Shown: positions 60,363 to 64,000 of the stretch, in pieces
Layout of the letters: each line of letters starts with the position of its first letter
How positions within the stretch are numbered: the stretch's first letter is position 1
Notes under the pieces: model-generated
Database searches by the model: none
What the model was told of the DNA's origin: nothing
Seen by the model: the letters and a program-made list of their open reading frames with translations, nothing else
DNA from: Marsupella aquatica
Taxonomy: Eukaryota > Plantae > Marchantiophyta
DNA length: 64,000 nucleotides
Direction of reading: 5' to 3'
Assembly (NCBI GenBank): GCA_973895155.1
Contig: OZ316897.1
Coordinates: 23,411,455-23,475,454 of the forward strand
Program-made: the position numbers and the translations under genes

Positions 60363-60529
60363 CTGTCAAATGCACGCTTCAGCATGCACCTCACATGGGA
60401 TCAAATTAGTCCACCACAAGCGTGGACGATGTGCACGAGAACTCACACGTGCAGCATCCAATAACACAGTAGGTCCAATCCAAGACCTCACCTGGTGAAC
60501 ACTACTGGCAACAATCCGACTACGATCAT
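60363..60529 (-). pseudogene. DNMT3-like methyltransferase motifs VII-VIII of element C
   Basis: PTVLLDAARVSSRAHRPRLWWTNL versus DNMT3A [22 protein letters not shown] (recalled sequence). Confidence 0.8.
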
Positions 60530-61979
60530 TGTGGTATGGGTGTCCCTGCAATTTTTTCTGGAAACTTGTTTATTTTTAGCATATCACAAGATTTACTTAC
60601 ACTTTAGACACCTTCCGGCCAACATTTACTTGTTCTGGACACTTATAGAAATATTTGACATCTCCGGCTTTCTTGACGATTCCTAGTGTACTTTGCCCGA
60701 CGCTGTGACCAGCGCCCGTTTCTTTTACTCAAGACGCTGCGGAAGCGTCCAACCTCCTCATGACGCTTTTGGCAGTGCCCGACCGCCACCAAGACTCTAT
60801 GAGGATTTCGACCGACGCTGTGGAAAGCGTCAGCTTCAACACACGACGCTGTGAGCAGCGTCCACCCTAGTATCGACGCTGTGAGCAGCGTCCACCCTAG
60901 TATTGACGCTGTGAGCAGCGTCCACCCTAGTATTGACGATGTGAGCAGTGTGAGCAGCGTCCGTTGGTTTTACTTAAGACGCTTCTAGCAGCGTCCAGAT
61001 TCTCCCGACGCTTCTAGCAGCGTCCGCTCAACACTTAGTTTTTGAAGTAGATTACTAGTAAAGTAGTATTCTACCACCCTTGTTGAAGTACTTATGCTGT
61101 GCTTCTCCCTTGTTTAGTTTTAAGCTTGGAAAGGCACGACTGTTCTTACCTCCTCCATTTTAGGATTCCAGCACTTATAAGACAGAGTAGAATGCTCATT
61201 TGAAGTAGAGAGAAATAGAGTTAATACTGTATTCAGAATTGAGTCTTCTGAATAGTTTTCTCCTCCTTCCATTGTAACAAGGCATGCTGTGAGTGTTTTG
61301 TATGGAAGTAAAGCTATATTGATTGAAGTTAAGATTGAATTCAAGAGATTCCTGTGGTGATTGAATTCAGTTGCAGATTTCTGAAACTCGTATTGAATTC
61401 ACTGCTAGGCTTGCTTGCAGAGTCGGGATTCGCTAGCCAATTCAAGAATAGTTAATGATAAATGAGAAGTAAATTCTGATTCTCAGAGTAGTTAGTACTG
61501 TTGCTTTGATTCTGGAATATGGTTTAGAGTTTGACTGAATTGCGTATCGCTGATGTCAAACCATGTTGACGGCATTTTAAATCATATCATTCATTTGCAA
61601 TCAGAAAGCTTCTGTTTCATCAGATTGAGAATTCCATTATCATTAACCTTTGTGTTTTGAAGAGTGAGATGGATGAATTATGAGATAGATTTCATGTCTA
61701 TACTGAGCCCAAATCCTTTCTGAAGGAGTGGCAGTAGCAGCTTGTAGTCTCTAAATCCTTACTCATTTCTTCTCTAATTCATAAATCAGAAGTTCAGTTA
61801 CTTTGTTGTTTGTTTATTCGATTTTTTTATTGAGAAGTGAAGTCAACATAGAGCTCAAGACTCTAAATCACTCAGAGTGATAAAAGTTATACAATTCATT
61901 CTGAAATCTGTTCTTAAAGGGATCGAAACCCTGGTTTTAGGTGAGGAGAGTCACTTTTGATACTTAGCACTATACGACA
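60530..61979 (+). repeat. 5' LTR of D2 (1450 bp, two extra 30-bp units relative to D1)
   Basis: The unit GACGCTGTGAGCAGCGTCCACCCTAGTAT(C/T) is expanded. Confidence 0.93.
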
Positions 61980-61985
61980 TCTTTT

Positions 61986-62003
61986 TGGCGCCGCTGCCGG
62001 GGA
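61986..62003 (+). other. PBS of D2, tRNA-Asp type
   Basis: TGGCGCCGCTGCCGGGGA. Confidence 0.85.
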
Positions 62004-63197
62004 ACGAATTTAAGATTGAATTGACGTACAGGCAGTGTATGCCAGAAGGAGCTAGACGGGAGAGGAATTCACGTTCTACTATAATTGTGAAGATGCGTCA
62101 TCACTCCAGTTAAAAAGATGAAGAGCTTCCATTTCGAGGTGATGCCGTACTCTATCCAAAGCGCCCCGGAAGCTCTCTTAAGAGTATTGGAAAAATTTGT
62201 GGTGCCAAACTTAAGAGAAGAAACCGCCCTCCCACCAGAAAAGGCCTCACAGAGAGGAGCTGTTGCTCGTCAAGTTGCTTTGGAGATAGTCGAAGACACC
62301 AAAGACACTTTGAGTGACAAGTGAAGTTATTCTAACGTTGCTCGGGACGTATGATTTGTAAAATTGTCCAACCATCCTGGTTCGTGTGACCGATGCCACC
62401 TATCCGATCTTTGGGAACATTAAGAATTAGGAATTTGAGGAATCGTTATGTTAATTCTTGGGTTCTGAGCCTGAGAGGGAGGAATGGCATACATTGGTTA
62501 ACTATCACCTGGTGGGAAGATGAAAGTTTGCATTTAGTAATATTAAGGCTGAATGGTAGGATCACACAGGAGTGATATTTAGTCATTTCCATTCGGGAGT
62601 TAGCGGAAAGAATCATGCACCAGGAATTGCGTAGAAGATTAGGAAGGAGTTAGACGTCTGATTAGTAGGATGGCCTAGTGTAGCGTACCATGTGGTAAAG
62701 AAATTTCAGGGTGAAGGAAGTCGGAGATTATGGGGAACGCCCGGTTCCAGTAATCGCCACCGTAAAGGAGATAAGGAAGGACGCCGCGAAGAGCGTCCAA
62801 TGCGATTCGTCCCAGAAGATTCCGCAAGTCAGGACGCTTCGAGTAGCGTCCGATCCCAGTGGACGCTGTGAGCAGCGTCCGGTGGAATCTGTGACGAACC
62901 AACGTGCGCGACGCTTCTGGTGTGCCTTTCCGCGTCTCAACCTGAAGGACGCACCAGAGAAAACGAGGTTTTAGAATCTCGGCTGGTCACTAAAGGGAAG
63001 TATTAGCTACGGGATAGCAAGGGGGAGGAATCATGCAAGGGATGTTGAACGACGCTACGGGAAGTCACTTTGAGGAAGCAGGGTCATATCTCCCGGAGTG
63101 GGGTGATAACGTCGCACCTAAATGGTGACTCCTTGCATAAAGACTCCTGAGGAGCGGGTCTGGTGTCTCAAAATCACCCGTGCTTGGAGAATGAGGG

Positions 63198-64000
63198 ATG
63201 TCTGAGGGAGATCCACCGAATAAAAGAAAACCTACCAAGACCTCCAGTAATTCGGATGCTGCAAAATTAGTAGTGACCCCTCGCACATTGTTACCCGAAT
63301 TCCAGTCACCAGGAGCACCTGCACCGGGTAGTGTGTGGAAACAAGTGGGATCTATTCAAGAGGCAAGTGGCTCTTTGGAAAGGCCCACGTCGACCCGACC
63401 CCTGTTTGTAAATCTTCGTTCAGGTCCAAAACTTATTGGTTCTCAAAAGACCAAGCTCCGCCAGCAGACAGTACGTTCGGTGAACCAAATTGACTCTGGT
63501 GTGGATAGTACCACTGAGAGGGCCTTATCTCATACCGAAGGAAGAAATTTGGGTTTGCCCGAGAATACAGTTGCAGAATCGCTGGCCCAAGATAATTCTG
63601 TCGATCTTTCACAATTGGATAATCCAGAACCACTGAGTGAAGCCGGTGGTTCGTCTTCTAGTGAGACAAGCAGCAGTTCAGGCTTGGGCAGCCCAAACCC
63701 ATTTGCTACCCGATCAGCTCTTCCTTTCGTTACCCTCCTAGCTCCAACCACGATGGCTCGAAATAATGTGAGGTACGACCGGTTCTTCGGTACTTCCAAG
63801 GAGGATGCAGAGGTGTATTTGAAAGAATTTGAAGCTGCAGCTGCATCCAATGGACAGAGTCAAGACGCTGAAAAAGCCAATCTGTTTGGTGGTCTAATGA
63901 AAAAGGGTGCTCAGAAATGGTATGACCGTTTTCCGGACAAGCAGGATTGGGGGAAATTGAAGGCTGCTTTCTTGGCCAAATATAAAGAAGAAGGAGCAGC
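63198..64000 (+). CDS. gag: gag of D2 (partial, open at window end)
   Basis: Same sequence as the D1 gag starting at 36591 (MSEGDPPNKRK...). Confidence 0.9.
   Translation, partial: MSEGDPPNKRKPTKTSSNSDAAKLVVTPRTLLPEFQSPGAPAPGSVWKQVGSIQEASGSLERPTSTRPLFVNLRSGPKLIGSQKTKLRQQTVRSVNQIDSGVDSTTERALSHTEGRNLGLPENTVAESLAQDNSVDLSQLDNPEPLSEAGGSSSSETSSSSGLGSPNPFATRSALPFVTLLAPTTMARNNVRYDRFFGTSKEDAEVYLKEFEAAAASNGQSQDAEKANLFGGLMKKGAQKWYDRFPDKQDWGKLKAAFLAKYKEEGA

Larger units (their letters stand above)
17001..60529 (-). mobile_element. Ty3/Gypsy element C (DNMT3-like MTase-RT-RH-INT-PHD), split by four later insertions; 5' part lies beyond the window
   Basis: Pieces 17001-19747, 33811-33982, 53329-54879 and 60363-60529 join seamlessly after removing inserts and one TSD copy (e.g. 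SQLAKP|LTILTKL and TDWSGVGLG|AMLIQKD). Confidence 0.88.
60530..64000 (+). mobile_element. Family D copy D2 (5' LTR, PBS, leader, gag start), cut off by the window end
   Basis: Near-identical to D1 from 33983; predicted TSD ATCAT (60525-60529). Confidence 0.93.

Noticed and set aside
60845-60965. 30-bp palindromic tandem repeats resembling a CRISPR array
   Set aside because: Units are head-to-tail with no unique spacers, there are no cas genes, and they lie inside an LTR.

Overview
The whole window is a nest of LTR retrotransposons; I see no host gene. A plant host, probably non-seed, is inferred from the element types. Nesting, supported by TSDs and by reading frames that continue across insertions: Gypsy family A copy A2 (7594-17000, -) was hit by Gypsy element C (17001->60529, -). 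C was then hit by B (19748-33810, +, TSD CTCCA), D1 (33983-53328, +, TSD GGTTT), an internally deleted family A copy A3 (54880-60362, -, TSD CTGTC) and D2 (60530->64000, +). D1 itself contains a Bianca-type Copia E (38548-44340, -, TSD AGATT). Another family A copy, A1, occupies 1-6752. Main highlights: (1) reassembled element C encodes a DNMT3-like cytosine methyltransferase upstream of RT and an integrase ending in a PHD finger; (2) families A and B have 4.0-4.7 kb LTRs that each contain a 0.9-1.2 kaa gene; (3) family D carries a related ORF between two PPT copies, followed in frame by a second aspartic protease, and has a TGA-CAATTA readthrough-type signal between protease and RT. All protein similarities were judged by eye, without database searches.
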